A DNA stretch of 64,000 bases from Mantamonas sphyraenae STR306 (GCA_026936335.1 JAPMXV010000013.1:183156-247155); one strand, 5' to 3'. Positions 30,475-42,977 are shown, counted from the stretch's first letter. Numbers and translations: made by a program. Notes: generated from the sequence alone by a model not told the origin.

Positions 30475-32673
30475 TCAAAGCGGGTCGTACATCTCGCGAT
30501 CACGCTTCCTCTTCCAGCGGTAGCCGACAAAGGCAGCGGCGACGGCGCCGAGGGCACTGAAACCGACAGCGTAGAGGACGGTTTGATCTTGGTAGACGAC
30601 GAGCGTGAACGGCGAGTCGCGAATGGCACGATATTGGCCATCGGAGTCCTTCATCGTGATGGAGACGGAATATGTGTTTGCAGCCTGGCTGGCGTATTCA
30701 ACAAGGTAGCTGCCGTTCTTTTGGTCTCGCACCGTGGCAAAGATTGAGTCGCGCGGTGAGGTCATCTCGACACGAAAGTCGTTGCCGCCGTGCAGCAAGT
30801 GGTTGCCAAACGAGTCAAAGGCGTTGATGTAGAAGACACTCAGGCGTCCCGGTTCGGTGAGCTTCAGGCTTTCGCCCGAGGCGACGCAGTGGGAAGCGAC
30901 GGCGTTTGCTGGTTGCCAGTGTGTGGCGACGGCGCCCTTGGACGCCTGTGCGCCAATGGGTTTGTCGTTGACCTTGAGGGTGAGGACGTAGTCTCCTGCA
31001 ACTGTGGCTTGGTAGCGCACGAGGGCTGTGCCGTTGTGAAACGGCTGCACGTGGATGGCCTTTTGCAGTTCGGCCGAGTCGATGGGCGCCGAGGCGACGA
31101 CAGCGGCGACGGCGGTGTCGGCCGGCGTGTCGTGGAGGGTGTTGTTGTATTGGTCGCGCAGAAAGAGGGTAAAGGCGATGGGTGCGCCGACAACGGCTGC
31201 AGGTTGGGCGTTGGTGAAGCATTCGGAGGGGTCGACGTCGCCGGTGGGCTGGACGACAGTGGTTGTTTCGCCCGAGGCCACGTCGTTGAACTGGTACTGG
31301 ATGGTGAGGGTGTACGAGGCAGCGTGCTGCGGGGTGTAGGATACAGTGAAGTGTTCGCCAAAGTCGTCCCACTGGATGTCGATGTGTCCTGTGGGATAGG
31401 CGTCCTTCTTCTTCTGACGGACGTCAAGGTCGGTCTTGTCGGCGTCCTTGATGACATTGCCGTACTTGTCCTTAAGAGTCACCTTGATTTCGATCTTTTC
31501 GCCTGCAGTGGAGGTTGCCGGGGCCTCGATGGTGGATGCATCGGTGTTCATGTTGCCCGGGACGATGTGCACCTCCCACGGGGAGCCCTGGAGTTGGGTC
31601 TGGGCCTGGCCGACGCGCACAGAGAGAGAATAGGTGCCGGCGACGGTTTGGGTGTAACGGATGTCAAATGTGCCGTCTGCGTTGTCTGTGACGGCTGCGT
31701 CGTCGTTGTCGAGCTTTGCGGTGACGAGCCAGCCGCCAAAGGTGATGGGTGCGCCAAACTGGTCGATGGCCTGGAGGGTTGCGGTCTCGCTGAGGCCAGC
31801 TTTGCCGCCGGTGAGGGCCTGGCCCTGAATGGTGGAGCGACGCGGATCGATGAGGCCCGTGTAGTTGTATGACCAGGAGAGGATGCGGTGGGTGTCGGCA
31901 AAGGTCTCGCCGGTGGTGGAGGTGAAGCCAACAAAGGCGAGGTTTCCGTTGGTGAGGGTTGTGTAATTGCGCAGGTCGAAGGGGCTGATGCTGAGGACGG
32001 GACCGGGCTTGGCGCCGTCGGTCCACATTCGCAGTTCGAAGGAGCCTGCGGCGTCGTCGAGGGTGGGGGGAGTGATGATGAGGCGGGCGTTGTAGATGCG
32101 GCCGTCGTCAAACTGGGGCACAGTGATGGAGGATTTGAGAGAGAAGTCCTCGTGGGCGTTGTTGGGCAGGTTGGGAGCGCGGGCGTGTACGCTGATGTGC
32201 GGGACGGCCGGGTCGGCGAGCTCGGGGTTTCGAAAGGTGTCGAATTCGAGGGCGAGGGTGTTTGCGAGACCGACAGCCGGGGCCGGGGTTTTGCTGACGT
32301 CGCCATAGCCGAGGCCGCTGTAGCGGGGGCCGATGGCGTCGTGGGCGTTGTTTGAAATCAGAAAGGTGAAGCCCTCGTGGTTGGTGACTGGAGGCGGGAT
32401 CTGGAAGCGAAAGGTGGTGTCGAGGCCGAGGACAACCACTCGATTGATGTAGTATGCAGAGCCGACCTGGCGTGCGACGCCTTGGGTCAGGTCGAGGGCG
32501 GTTGCGGTGAGGGCGGCGGACGGATTGAGAAACATGCTTGCGGCATCCTGGGTGGTGAGGTTGCCGAGGTTGAAGTTGGGCGAGGAGGCAGCATGTGCGG
32601 TGGGGCTGTGCAGGAGGAGGAGAGTGAAGAGGAGGAGGAGGAGGAGGAGGAGAGGGAGAACGGGCCGGGACAT
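30475..32673 (-). CDS. Type I membrane protein: signal peptide, legume (L-type) lectin domain, 4 filamin-type Ig repeats, TM, short tail
   Basis: MSRPVLPLLLLLLLLF signal peptide. Lectin motifs GFTF, LGY, LALEFDTFRN, FVGFTSTTG..HRILSW. Filamin repeats DxxGN..DNADGTFDIRY..GTYSL..GSP. TM followed by KRKR..YDPL. Confidence 0.85.
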   Translation of the reverse strand: MSRPVLPLLLLLLLLFTLLLLHSPTAHAASSPNFNLGNLTTQDAASMFLNPSAALTATALDLTQGVARQVGSAYYINRVVVLGLDTTFRFQIPPPVTNHEGFTFLISNNAHDAIGPRYSGLGYGDVSKTPAPAVGLANTLALEFDTFRNPELADPAVPHISVHARAPNLPNNAHEDFSLKSSITVPQFDDGRIYNARLIITPPTLDDAAGSFELRMWTDGAKPGPVLSISPFDLRNYTTLTNGNLAFVGFTSTTGETFADTHRILSWSYNYTGLIDPRRSTIQGQALTGGKAGLSETATLQAIDQFGAPITFGGWLVTAKLDNDDAAVTDNADGTFDIRYTQTVAGTYSLSVRVGQAQTQLQGSPWEVHIVPGNMNTDASTIEAPATSTAGEKIEIKVTLKDKYGNVIKDADKTDLDVRQKKKDAYPTGHIDIQWDDFGEHFTVSYTPQHAASYTLTIQYQFNDVASGETTTVVQPTGDVDPSECFTNAQPAAVVGAPIAFTLFLRDQYNNTLHDTPADTAVAAVVASAPIDSAELQKAIHVQPFHNGTALVRYQATVAGDYVLTLKVNDKPIGAQASKGAVATHWQPANAVASHCVASGESLKLTEPGRLSVFYINAFDSFGNHLLHGGNDFRVEMTSPRDSIFATVRDQKNGSYLVEYASQAANTYSVSITMKDSDGQYRAIRDSPFTLVVYQDQTVLYAVGFSALGAVAAAFVGYRWKRKRDREMYDPL

Positions 32674-32724
32674 GATTGAAGTTTGGGATGCTGGCTGCGC
32701 GAGGGGGAAGCCAGCAAAAAAACC

Positions 32725-33829
32725 ATGGGGTGCGTTCCAAAACAACCGACGCTTTTTCGCGTTTTCGATGGCAGCGCTGAGCGATGAGCGATGGGGCAGG
32801 AATGGCCGGCGCGGATGCATGGTGGATAGAGATGTGGCAGAGGAGTGCATGCGAGGTGCGGGAGAGTGTGTAGGAAGGCGTGGCGGGCGGCTGCGGGCGG
32901 AGAGCAAGTTGCACCGCTCGGCTTGCATGCGCAGCCGCGGCCGACACTGGGCTGTGGAGGGTCGAGGCAAACAGACACACAGAGGAACACGTGCGTGCAC
33001 ATGTGTGTGTGGCTGTATGCGCGACAAAGAGGGCCACGGCGATGTGCTTGGCCTGGGGGGCGGCGGCAAAGGAGGGAGTGCATGCAGAAAATGGTGGCGC
33101 CGCAAATGGAGTGTTTGCACTCGGCGGCCCTGCACGCCTGGGCAACGAGGCGGCAGGAGCCAGAGACATTAGCATTGCATGTGTGGGCAAGGCAAAGAGG
33201 CGTGCATGTGGATAGACAAGGCGCAGAGGGGTGGCAAAGGGTGTTGTGGGGCCGTTGGGGGAACGAGCCAAATGCGCAGCCGAAGCTGCGAGAGGGGCTT
33301 TTTCCGAGCAAGCGCAAAACCGGCGGTTTGCAAGGTGGATGGAAGATGGAAACATACGCAGGGCAACACTGACGCAGTATACACGGCGCACATACACCAC
33401 AGCAAGCCGCACGGACTCCGTCAAGGTCGCAACTACAAGGCACTGCGCCGCAACGAGCGCTGGGCCGATCTGGTGTACAAGAAGCGTGCTTTGGGCACTG
33501 CGCTCAAGTCGAACCCGTTTGGAGGTTCGTCGCACGCCAAGGCCATCGTGGTGGAGAAGATCGGCATTGAGGCCAAGCAGCCGAACAGCGCTATCAGGAA
33601 GTGCGTGCGTGTTCAGCTGATCAAGAACGGCAAGAAGATCACTGCGTTTGTGCCGCGTGACGGTTCGCTCAACTTTGTTGAGGAGAACGACGAGGTTCTG
33701 GTGGCCGGTTTCGGTCGTAAGGGCCACGCCGTGGGTGATATCCCGGGTGTGCGTTTCAAGATCGCCAAGGTGTCCAACGTGTCGCTCCTGGCCCTGTGGA
33801 AGCACAAGAAGGAGAAGCCCCGTTCGTAA
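32725..33829 (+). CDS. RPS23: 40S ribosomal protein S23 (uS12), 2 exons
   Basis: Exon 1 ATGGG (32725-32729), intron GTGCGT..CTGAC..CACAG (32730-33402), exon 2 33403-33829, giving [31 protein letters not shown]. Confidence 0.96.
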
Positions 33830-33847
33830 ATGACTGGGATGCCCAGA

Positions 33848-34201
33848 TGCGCAAAAATGAAGTGCTCGATGTGCAATGGATGGTGTGTTTTTGTTGTCTT
33901 GGACGGACGGTGCGAGTGCGTGGATTGAAGCAAGGGAACGGCATGAGTGGGGCGGACACACAGCACGGAGCGCAGAGCATGGGGTTGGCAGGTTGCCATC
34001 GACTGCGACATGTCATGCTCCATGTTTCAATTCTGCCAAGCGTTGCGCGAGAACGACGTGCTTGGGCCCGGTTCAACCCTGACGGTGGCCGAAGATGGCC
34101 TCATTCTGCCAATCCAAACGGCGAAGAACCTAGAGATGCTCAAACAGCTGCAGCTGGGCAGCCCAAACACCCGATTCAAGGTGCAGGTGACCAACAAATG
34201 A
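33848..34201 (+). CDS. Candidate small protein (63-81 aa; start 34010, or spliced from 33848)
   Basis: Protein-like frame MSCSMFQFCQALRENDVLGPGSTLTVAEDGLILPIQTAKNLEMLKQLQLGSPNTRFKVQVTNK. Its stop lies 5 bp from the convergent USP47 stop, like other convergent pairs here. Confidence 0.4.
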
Positions 34202-34206
34202 ATTCA

Positions 34207-37200
34207 TCATGATGCCTCGCCCTCGCCCTCGCCCTCTCCTTCCGCATCTGTGCCCGAAGGACCGGCGTCCTCACCAGCCTCGGCTGCAGCCGCTGCCTCC
34301 GCATCTGCCTTTTTCTTGGCTTCTTCCTCGGCATCCCACACCTTGATCTTCAGGCTCTGCTCCTGGCGGCGGTAGGTGGTGCGTGGGCCAGAGGACGAGT
34401 AGCCGGCGTGCACGATGACGCCTCCCTGGATGGCCACGGGGTCGTCCAGCTTCTTGATGTCCTCCTCCGACATCTGCTCCTCGGTGGCGTCCTTGAACAC
34501 CACACACTCGCCGTCCTTGAGCACGTAGATGGAGTTGACAAACGGACGCGCGTCTCCATCCTTGGAGCACGCACGCCACTTCTGAGCAGCCATCTTGCTG
34601 GCCAGCACCTGCTTGTTGGCTACGGGCCGCAGCATCATCACATTCTCTGCCTCGATGCCTGCCAACCCAGCCAGACGAGCCACAACCTCGTCCACAGACT
34701 CGGTCGAGCCCACAATGAGCTCCTGCTTCGGCTCCATCTGCGACGTGGATGGCTTCCACTGTTGCACGTACAGGATCGTGTCACCCGGCTGCCACGGGTC
34801 GCTCTCGCCCTCCAAGATCTCCACTGCAATTTCGCGCCCGTCGTACAGGTAGCTGATGCAGTCGCCAAGCGTCAGGTCCACGTCGTATGCCTTGTTCACC
34901 TTTTTGCCATACTTTTCGCGCAGGCGCACACGCTGCGCATCCACACCCAGCGTGTTGGCCACCAGCGCGCGGATCTCCGAGATCTGCATCGACTCACACA
35001 GGGGGATGTCAAACGAGTCGGTCGCCACATCGCCCTCCACCGTCGGCTGCACCACAAAGAAGCTGATGCGGAACTCGTTCCCAGACATCGGCGTGCCCTC
35101 CACCACGTACACGCAGCTGTTGTTGCGCAGATACAGCGACTCCAGTGTGGCCTCCAGCTTCTTAAACTCTTGTGTCGTCGTCATGCCGCGGCGCACCTTG
35201 AAGGCCTCGGGCTTCAGGTCGATCGCCTTTGCAATGGCGTCCTTCAGCTCGCTCAGCTTTTGCTTCTTGTCCATGGTGATCACCTCGGTGTACTTGGTGC
35301 TGCCGGGCTTGTTGAACTTGATGTCGATCGTGTTCTTCGACTGCGTGAACGACTCAATCAGCGGCGAGTCGTCCTCTTCGTTCTCATACGGCTCAACATA
35401 AATCTTGTCGCCGTCAAAGATTCGCAAGTCGGCCTTGATGCGCTTGTCGTCGCCCGAGTGGATGATCACACGGTTCGTCAGCTCCAGCACGCGCACCTTG
35501 TCCGCGTCCCATCCCGTAAGGTCGGACACACGCTCCTTGAACTGGCTCAGCGGCGCGTCGCGGTTGATGACCACGTGCACGGGCTCCTCCGGCAGCGGCT
35601 TCTCCGGATCGGCCAGGAACAAACGGATGGTCATGTCGTTTTCGCCGTACACCTCAAACGACTCGTCGGGGCTCTTGGTCTCCGCCATGATGGCCTTCTC
35701 CGCGTAGAAGCGCATCTTTTCCAGCGACAGCTCCTCCCTGCCCTCAAAGGTCTCGCCTCGCACCTTGCTGTACGAGGAGTAGTTGCGCAGGCGGAAGTCT
35801 TCGCGGCGCACGCCCTTTGTCTCCAGATCCAGCGTTTCGTACGTGTGGTCCTCCAGCTCCTTGATGGAGCGCGTGCGATCAAACAGCACGGGCACAAAGT
35901 CCTCCTCGTCGGGCTGGAACACCTTGAGGCGGATTTGGTCGCGCGACTTTTTCCACTCGTCCTGGGCGCGCTGCAGCTCCTCCTGCTGCTTGACCATGAG
36001 ATCACGGATGTGCTGCGGCACTTCGTCGTCTGAAACGCTGCTGACGTTGCGCTCTGCGTCCACGCGACGGTATACAAGCATGTATCCGTTGCTGGAGCGG
36101 TTTCGTCCGTACGACGAAGTGGTCGTCTGCGGGCCGCCCCACGCAGCTGCAATGTCCTCCTCCTTCATAGGCGTCACCGACGAGTCGTTGAAGTTGTACC
36201 AGTTGCCGTCGACCAGGTTCTTGATGTACGCGTAGTAGTGGCCGCCAAGCGCCGAGCCGCTGTGGATGAGCACGGAAAACAGCTCGTACACGTTGTCGCC
36301 CTCCTTCTTCTCGAACCACTTTGCCTTTTCGGCAGCAATGCGTGCCTTTTTGGCCTCCTTTTCCGCCTCTTCGGCGGCCTTCTTCTCCTCGTCCGTGAGC
36401 TCGGCGGCGTTGTCCGCCTCGTTCTCGTCGCCGTCGGCTGCCGAAGCGGAAGAGTTGCCCTTGGCGCTGTCGTCGGTCTGGGCATCGTCTTCTGCATCGT
36501 CGTGCGTGCCGCTGCTGCTGCTGCTGGTGGTCAGCTCGAGGGAAGCGTCCTCGTCGACGAGCCACGGGGTCATGTCGAGGTAGGTGGGGAAGCGCACCTC
36601 GTTGTTGAGCTTGACGCGACGCAGCGTCTGGTAGTCAAAGTCGAACCGCTTGAGCTGGAGGGTGAGGAAGTAGGGCAACGAGGCGATCTTCATGCCCTTG
36701 AGATGGTCTGTCTTTTTGGCGCAGGTGTCGCAGGTGACCTTGTTGTCGCCGTCGAGGCACTCGGCCTCGGTGAACTGGTCGAGGGCCTCGTAGACATTGG
36801 AGGCGTTGCGGATAAAGAGGGGAATGTCCATGTAGGCGTCTGTGTGCGAACGTGCGTTGTTGCAGTCGCGGCACTCGATCTGGTCAACCATTTTGCCTGC
36901 GTAGAGGTCACTGACGAGGGTGGAGAGGTCGGTCTTCTTAAAGGTGAGCTCGAGGGCGTCAAAGAGCACCCTGTTGAGTTCCTCGACATCGTGCTGCTGG
37001 AAGGCCTCGCTGCCGGTCCAGCCGAAGGACGTGGTGAGCGCACGCGTGCCGACGGCGGACAGCTTGCCCAGCTGCAGGTTTGCAAAAAGCATCTGCAGCT
37101 GGAAGGGAATGCAGGTGTCTGGCGGACCGTCGCGCTCGGGAACGTGTTCCCACGTGTACAGCGCGTGCCGAAGCTCGGGTGTCATGAACATCGTCTGCAG

Positions 37201-37832
37201 CAGCGAGTTCATGTAGCAGGTGGCGCCCTGGTTGGCCAGACCCACAAAGCGACGCTTGGGGCCTCCCTCGGCGTCGTCAGCCACGGCGTCGGCCTGGTCG
37301 TCGTCCTGTGCGGGGCGCAATAGGCGTGTGCAGAATGTGAGAATTCGCCAGTTTTCTCTTCTCCTGCCCTGCGGAAACGAGCACTCCCGGCCAACATACG
37401 CCGTAATACACAACTTCGCCCTCAACGTTGACGGTGGGCACTTCGTCGTCGTCATACTCTCCGTCGGCATCGTTCTACGGGACCAGGAATACGGCGGGAG
37501 GCGGTGAAAAGGAAGCGGGTGTGAGAGGGCTTTCAGATCGTGCAGATGCGTCTGCAGGGCGAGGTGGGCGCCCGCGGTGGTCCTGGGCTGTTTTGTGGAC
37601 GTGGGGCGGCTGTAGACTGTTGGAAGGCGATAGGAGGGCAAGCAGAAGCAAGAGGAAACGTGTGCAAACGATGGGAGGCGAGGGAAGGGCGCGGTGGGCG
37701 TGTGTGTTTGCGGCGTGCACACGATGCCTGCAACTACTCTGCGCGGCTACGTACCCTGGCAGCAGCCTCGATCGCGTCGGTGATGGACATCATTTGTCCA
37801 TCCTCTTCGGTGGATGTGGAAGCGTTGGGCAT
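34207..37832 (-). CDS. USP47: Ubiquitin C-terminal hydrolase USP47-like (C19) with C-terminal UBL-like region, at least 3 exons
   Basis: Exons 37832-37755, 37474-37400 and 37305-34207. Cys box GLANQGATCYMNSLLQ, EAFQQHDVEELNRVLFDALE, His box IHSGSALGGHYYAYIK, C-terminal EQSLKI. Confidence 0.85.
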
Positions 37833-37906
37833 GGTGTGGACAGTCAGGGACGATGCGGTGGGTTGGGAAGGGCCACGTCTCTTCATTGGTCAGTACTGCT
37901 CAATGA

Positions 37907-40041
37907 TCAGGCAAGGTAGGCACGCTGCACCTTGTCGATGTGCACACGACAGATGGGACAGTCGGATACGAGGTCGGCACAGCCCTGGCAAAGGGCAAGA
38001 TGGCCACACGGGAGGAGGATGGTCTCGATGGGCTTGTCCATGCAGACTCGGCACTGGAAGCGGTCGTCTTCGCTCTCTTCCTGCAGTAGACTGGGCAGCT
38101 CTTCGTGCTTGTAGACTTCGTCGACGCTGTCGTTGCTTGCGGCGTCGTCCTTGTCGTCGTCGGTGGTACCAGCGCTGTCGGACGGATTGGACTGTTCCTC
38201 GTTGTCGTCGTCGTCGTCGTCGTCATTGTCATTGCCATCGTCGTCGTCCGCGCCATCGGAGTCGTTGCGTGCGGCTTCGTACTCGTTGATGAGGTCGGCG
38301 ATGATTTGGTTGGAAGCCTCCTCGATGGCGAGGTTGCCGACGTTGTTTTCAATGTCCGTGAGGACGCGGCCGGAGGCAAGGAGAGCACGGACACAATCGA
38401 CGTGGCCAAAGGCAGCGGCGCCGTGGAGAGGTGTGGAGCCGTACTGCTGAGTGATGTTGACATCTGCTCCAGCGTCGACGAGAAACTCGACAATGTCTGC
38501 ATGGCCTGCACGGGCAGCACAGTACACGCTGGTCTGACCACGGTTGTTCTGGCGGTTGAGGTGCTGGGGAAACAGTTCCAGGGTGGATCGGCACAGCTCG
38601 AGATTGCCGTCCCAGGCGGCATTGTTGAGGGTGGCCTCGTTGACGACGGAATGTGAGGTGGTGAGGGAGGAGGTGCTTGTGCTGTTGCTAGATTCACCGA
38701 GCTTGAGGTAGTACGAGGCGTACTTGCGCTTTCGGTCCTTGATGCTGATGTCCGCGCCGGCGTCGACGAGGATGTCGTACAATTCCTTGTCGCCGCGCTT
38801 GGCCGCTTCATGCAGGGGCGTGCTGTACCATCCGATATTGAGGTCGCAGCCACGTGCAATGAGCATCTCTGCAATGCCTGTGCGGTTTGGCTTGACACAG
38901 GCGGTAAAGAGAGCTGTGTTGCGGCGTTTGTTCTGGGCATTGATGATGTGCGGTTCGTAGTCGAGGAGCATCTGCACTTTGTCTACGTCACCGCACCACA
39001 CCGCGTGGCAGAGTTGGTTTGCGAGCGGGTGCTCAAACGAGCGTTGGTAGTCGTTGTTTGGTGGAAGGACAGGGTCGCCCTTGTGGTGGGTGGTGAGGGC
39101 GTCCAGGAGCAGCTGGTTGTTGTCGGCAAAAGTGGTTGCGCTACGGTCCAGCCTGCTGCGAGGGTACAAGTAGGCGCCATTTTCCAGGAGAAGTTTCACA
39201 GAGCGAGTGTTTTTTGTCATGCAGGCATCTGTAGGCCAAGGGAGGAGGGGTGTGAATTCCGTGTTCCGAGCTCGTGGCAAGGCAGTTTGCGGCAAAGGGA
39301 AGAGCGAGGGAGAGAGAGAGACGACATTGGGAGGGCAAGGCTGTGGGTGGAAGGAGTGTACGTACACATGAGCGGGGTCACGTCGTCCAGGTTGGGCTGA
39401 TTGACGTCTGCGCCGCCGTCGATGAGTGACTGCATCACGTCCAGGTTCTCGAAGCAAGTGGCAAAGGTGAGCGGCGGGTTTCCTGTGACGTTGACGATGT
39501 TGACCAAGTGGGGCAGCTTGGACAGGATGTACTCGACGTGTTCCTTGTCGTTTGTCTTTGCAGCCTCGGTGAGGTTGAAGCCCTTCTTTGCCTGGGAGTT
39601 TCTGCTGCCGCTCGAGGAGGTTGAAGTGCGCCTGTTGGAGGATGGTGAAGAGGAGTCAGAGTAGGAGTCTGACTCGCGGACGCTGTTGTCGCGTGCTCGC
39701 CAGCGTGTTCTCGATCCGCTGCGGCGTTGTCGGCCGCGGCTGTTGTCCTTGTCATTCTCGGAACGTCTGTGGCGGTCGCGGCGCCCACGAGAGCCCTCGT
39801 TGTTGTCGTTGCCACGGCTGCGGTACGAGGAGGTGGTGCCCTCGCTTGTGTTTGTGTTTGAGCTTCGCGATGAATGCCTGCGGCGGCCGTTGTTGCGGTT
39901 CTCGTTGTCGTTTCGGTCGCGTGACGAGCTGCGACGACGACTGCCACGACGGCCACTGCGGTCACCTCGTTGGCGGTAACGGCCCTCCGAGGAATCCTCA
40001 GATTGGGATGTGTTGGGGGAGTTTCGGAAAGATCGACTCAT
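37907..40041 (-). CDS. Ankyrin-repeat plus C-terminal RING E3 ligase with RS-rich N-terminus, 2 exons
   Basis: Intron 39365-39229 joins TPLM|YAC. Multiple ankyrin repeats. CRVCMDKPIETILLPCGHLALCQGCADLVSDCPICR. Confidence 0.85.
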
Positions 40042-40202
40042 GGTTGGGGTGGTGGAGTTGGCGCAGATGGACGCGGAAAGTGGTGTTGATTTTCTTGTGG
40101 AATTGTGTGTGTGTGTGTGTGTTGGGAGAGGGAGGGGTATGCGGTGGGATGGGTTGGGTGGGGCGCACGTGCTGTGTGCTACTCCATGTGTTGCCGTGGA
40201 AA

Positions 40203-41351
40203 TCACCACGCGTTCTGGTTCATGATGGCGAAAAACTCGTTCTCGTTGATCTCGCCGTCCTCGTCCTGGTCAAACTCGTCAATCATGGCCTGCAGGTCCT
40301 GGTCGTCGATGGACTCGCCCAGCTCCTTGGTGATCTGGCGCAGGTTCTTGAGTGAGATGGTGCCCGTGTTGTCTGCGTCAAACAGCTGAAATGCCTTGCG
40401 GATCTCCTCCTCGGGATCGCGCGACAGGATCTTGTCGGTCACTGTGGATGGATGTGTGAGAGGTGAGAGATGGTAGGCAGGAATGGCAAGGGGCAGGAGG
40501 GTGAGGGACCACGTACTGATGGACTGGAACTCGTCGTAGTTGACGTTCTCCGACTGCTGCTTGCCAATGTCCTTCATGATCTGGATGACCTCCTGCTTCT
40601 TCTGCGCTCGGGAACAAAAGGGGCGGTGGCGGTGTGAGACGGGATGGCGGGGAGGGGAGGATGCTGGATGGCGTGTGAAGAAACGAACCACTTGGAAGCC
40701 CAGAGCGCGCATGGCGACCTGAAGGGACGGGTGAGTGCGCAGTGTGGTTGTCGATGCGTCGATGTACGTGTGAGCAGGGTGTGCATGATGCGTGTGCGTG
40801 TGTGTGAGGTACACGGGAGCTGTTTGGGCGCGAGCCCGTTTGCCCATTGCGCGCGCCAAAACACACGGCGTTTCTGCGCCCCTGTGGCTGTGTGGGATAT
40901 CGCTACGTCTCACCTTGAGTTCGTGGTAGTTGATTTCGTTGTCGCCGTTGGTGTCAAAGAGCTCAAATGCCTCCTTCATCTCTGTGATGCGTGTGCGGGC
41001 CGGCAGAAAGCAACGCAGCGCCGTCCGTTGGTGTGGCCTCGTCGTGTCAGTGGAAGCAGCACAGCCTCAGGCGGGGGCTGTGGGCACCGGACAGCGCACA
41101 CCGCTTTGCAAAGGGGGAACATATGCCATCGCACACCCTGTCGTGGTTGTTGGAACGCCTGGTGACGTGTGCAACAGGTGCGAGGGCGGAGAGTGGCTCG
41201 TGCTGGAAAAGGCGGCGGTGGAAATCGTATCGTCGTCCGGGCGGTAAAACGCACCCTGCTTCTGGTCCTCCGTCAGCTCTGGCCTCTTGCTGCTGCGGCG
41301 GATGCGCGGGTTGGGCGAATCAAACATGGAAATGCGACCGAGCTGCGACAT
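40203..41351 (-). CDS. CETN3: Centrin-3/Cdc31-type EF-hand protein, 5 exons
   Basis: Exons 41351-41255, 40981-40914, 40718-40689, 40601-40517 and 40441-40203. [60 protein letters not shown]. Confidence 0.88.
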
Positions 41352-41551
41352 GGTGTCTGGGTTGGGTGGAAGTGTGTGTTTTGTGTTGGCTGGGCACGGG
41401 GTGCCATGCAAGAGAGACGTGGCGAGGGAGCGAGTGGCGGAGGGTGGTGCAAAGGGTAAAGGTGACGGCTTGTGTGAGGTTTGGGAGGGCGAGGGTGGGA
41501 CAGGGATTGCGGAAGCGCAACGAAGCGCTGGCTGGACCAATCCCAGACCAC

Positions 41552-42807
41552 ATGTTCTCAGCGGTGACGTGTGGACACGCAGAGAGGAGAGCGGGGTGTG
41601 TGCGGAGTCGGCACACATGGGAAGGCATTGGAGTTGCTGGGGTGGTTGCGTGGAGCGCTGCGGACGAGGAGGAAGATTCCGGAGGGTCGTCGCTGCCACC
41701 CTTGGCTGAAGGGCCGAAACGGTTGGAGCTGACGAATCTGCTGGCTGGATCGGGGGCCGGGGCTGTGGCAGCTGTGTTTACGCAGCCGCTGGACATGGTG
41801 AAAACGCGCCTGCAAACCCGTCATGACTACCAGGGGATGTGGTCGTCGATGAAGCGGATCATGGGCAACGAAGGGCCCAAGGCACTGTACAGGGGACTGC
41901 CGGCCACGCTGATAGCATTGTGTCCAAACTGGGCGGCGTACTTTACCGTGTACGAAGTGCTCAAGTACACAATGGCCACAGGGGGGTGGTTTCGAAGCGA
42001 CGCGTATCCGGACAGTTCACGACATCCTTACGTGCACGTGCTGAGCGCCATGGGCGCAGGCGTGTCGACTGCGTCGCTGATGAATCCGTAAGTGGGAGTG
42101 CGAGGCAAGGTTTGCGGGAGGTGGGACGTGCGTGTGGATTGTGTGGCGTGAGGGGCGGGTCGTGTGGCAGAGGTTGCGAACCTGTGCCGACCCTCTTGCG
42201 CGGTTGGACGTGCTGTGGCGACGAGCTGACACAAAGAGCCTGGCGATGGGCATGTGGTGCGGATATGGCGCGGAACACTATGGAGAACAGGCTGTGGGTG
42301 GTCAAGGTGCGCTGGCAGTCGCAACGGTGGCGGCAAGGCGAAGAGCGGATGTACAAATCGCTGCCGCACGCGTTTAAGCGGATCTACGCGGACGAGGGCC
42401 TCCGAGGCTTCTACAAAGGGTTGACGCCGTCTCTGATTGGCGTGCTGCATGTCTGTGTGCAGTTCCCCATCTACGAGTACATGAAGAATCACTTTGCAGA
42501 TGCGGCCGGGACGGAGCACGCGGCAGTGCCGTACGTGATGTTGTCGTCGGTGGTGTCCAAGCTGATTGCCAGCGTGGTGGCGTATCCGCACGAAGTGCTG
42601 CGTGCCAAGCTGCAGAACCAGCATGCAGGCAACACACGATACACGGGGTTGCGCCACGCAATCACCACCATCCTCGAAGAGGAAGGCGCCAAAGGCCTGT
42701 ACCGAGGGATGGGCACGAACCTGACACGCGTTGTGCCTGCGAGCGTGATCACCATTACTTCGTACCAAGTCATCCACGACTGGTTTGAGGACCTGTTCAA
42801 CGCGTAG
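41552..42807 (+). CDS. Mitochondrial carrier, NAD+ transporter (Ndt1/SLC25A32-like), 2 exons
   Basis: Three Px[DE]xx[KR]-type repeats (PLDMVKTRLQ, PLWVVKVRWQ, PHEVLRAKLQ) and PNWAAYFTVYE. Intron 42088-42290. Start codon uncertain. Confidence 0.88.
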
Positions 42808-42977
42808 GCACGCGCGAGTCGGAACACGAGAGAGAACGAATGAAGGGGAGGTTGGAAAGGGAAACAGGGAAGCAGGGTGTTGGGTTGCGTGGATGGAAGG
42901 TGTCCAATGTCTCGACAACGTGGTTGTGGCGACGGTGCGCCAGAAGCGGCAATAAGAACCAAGCCGTTTTTGAGCAC

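Noticed and set aside
40104-40121. (TG)n microsatellite and scattered (CAG)n/(TCG)n runs
   Set aside because: Short simple repeats, mostly encoding poly-Ser/Asp/Gln tracts. No higher-order structure.
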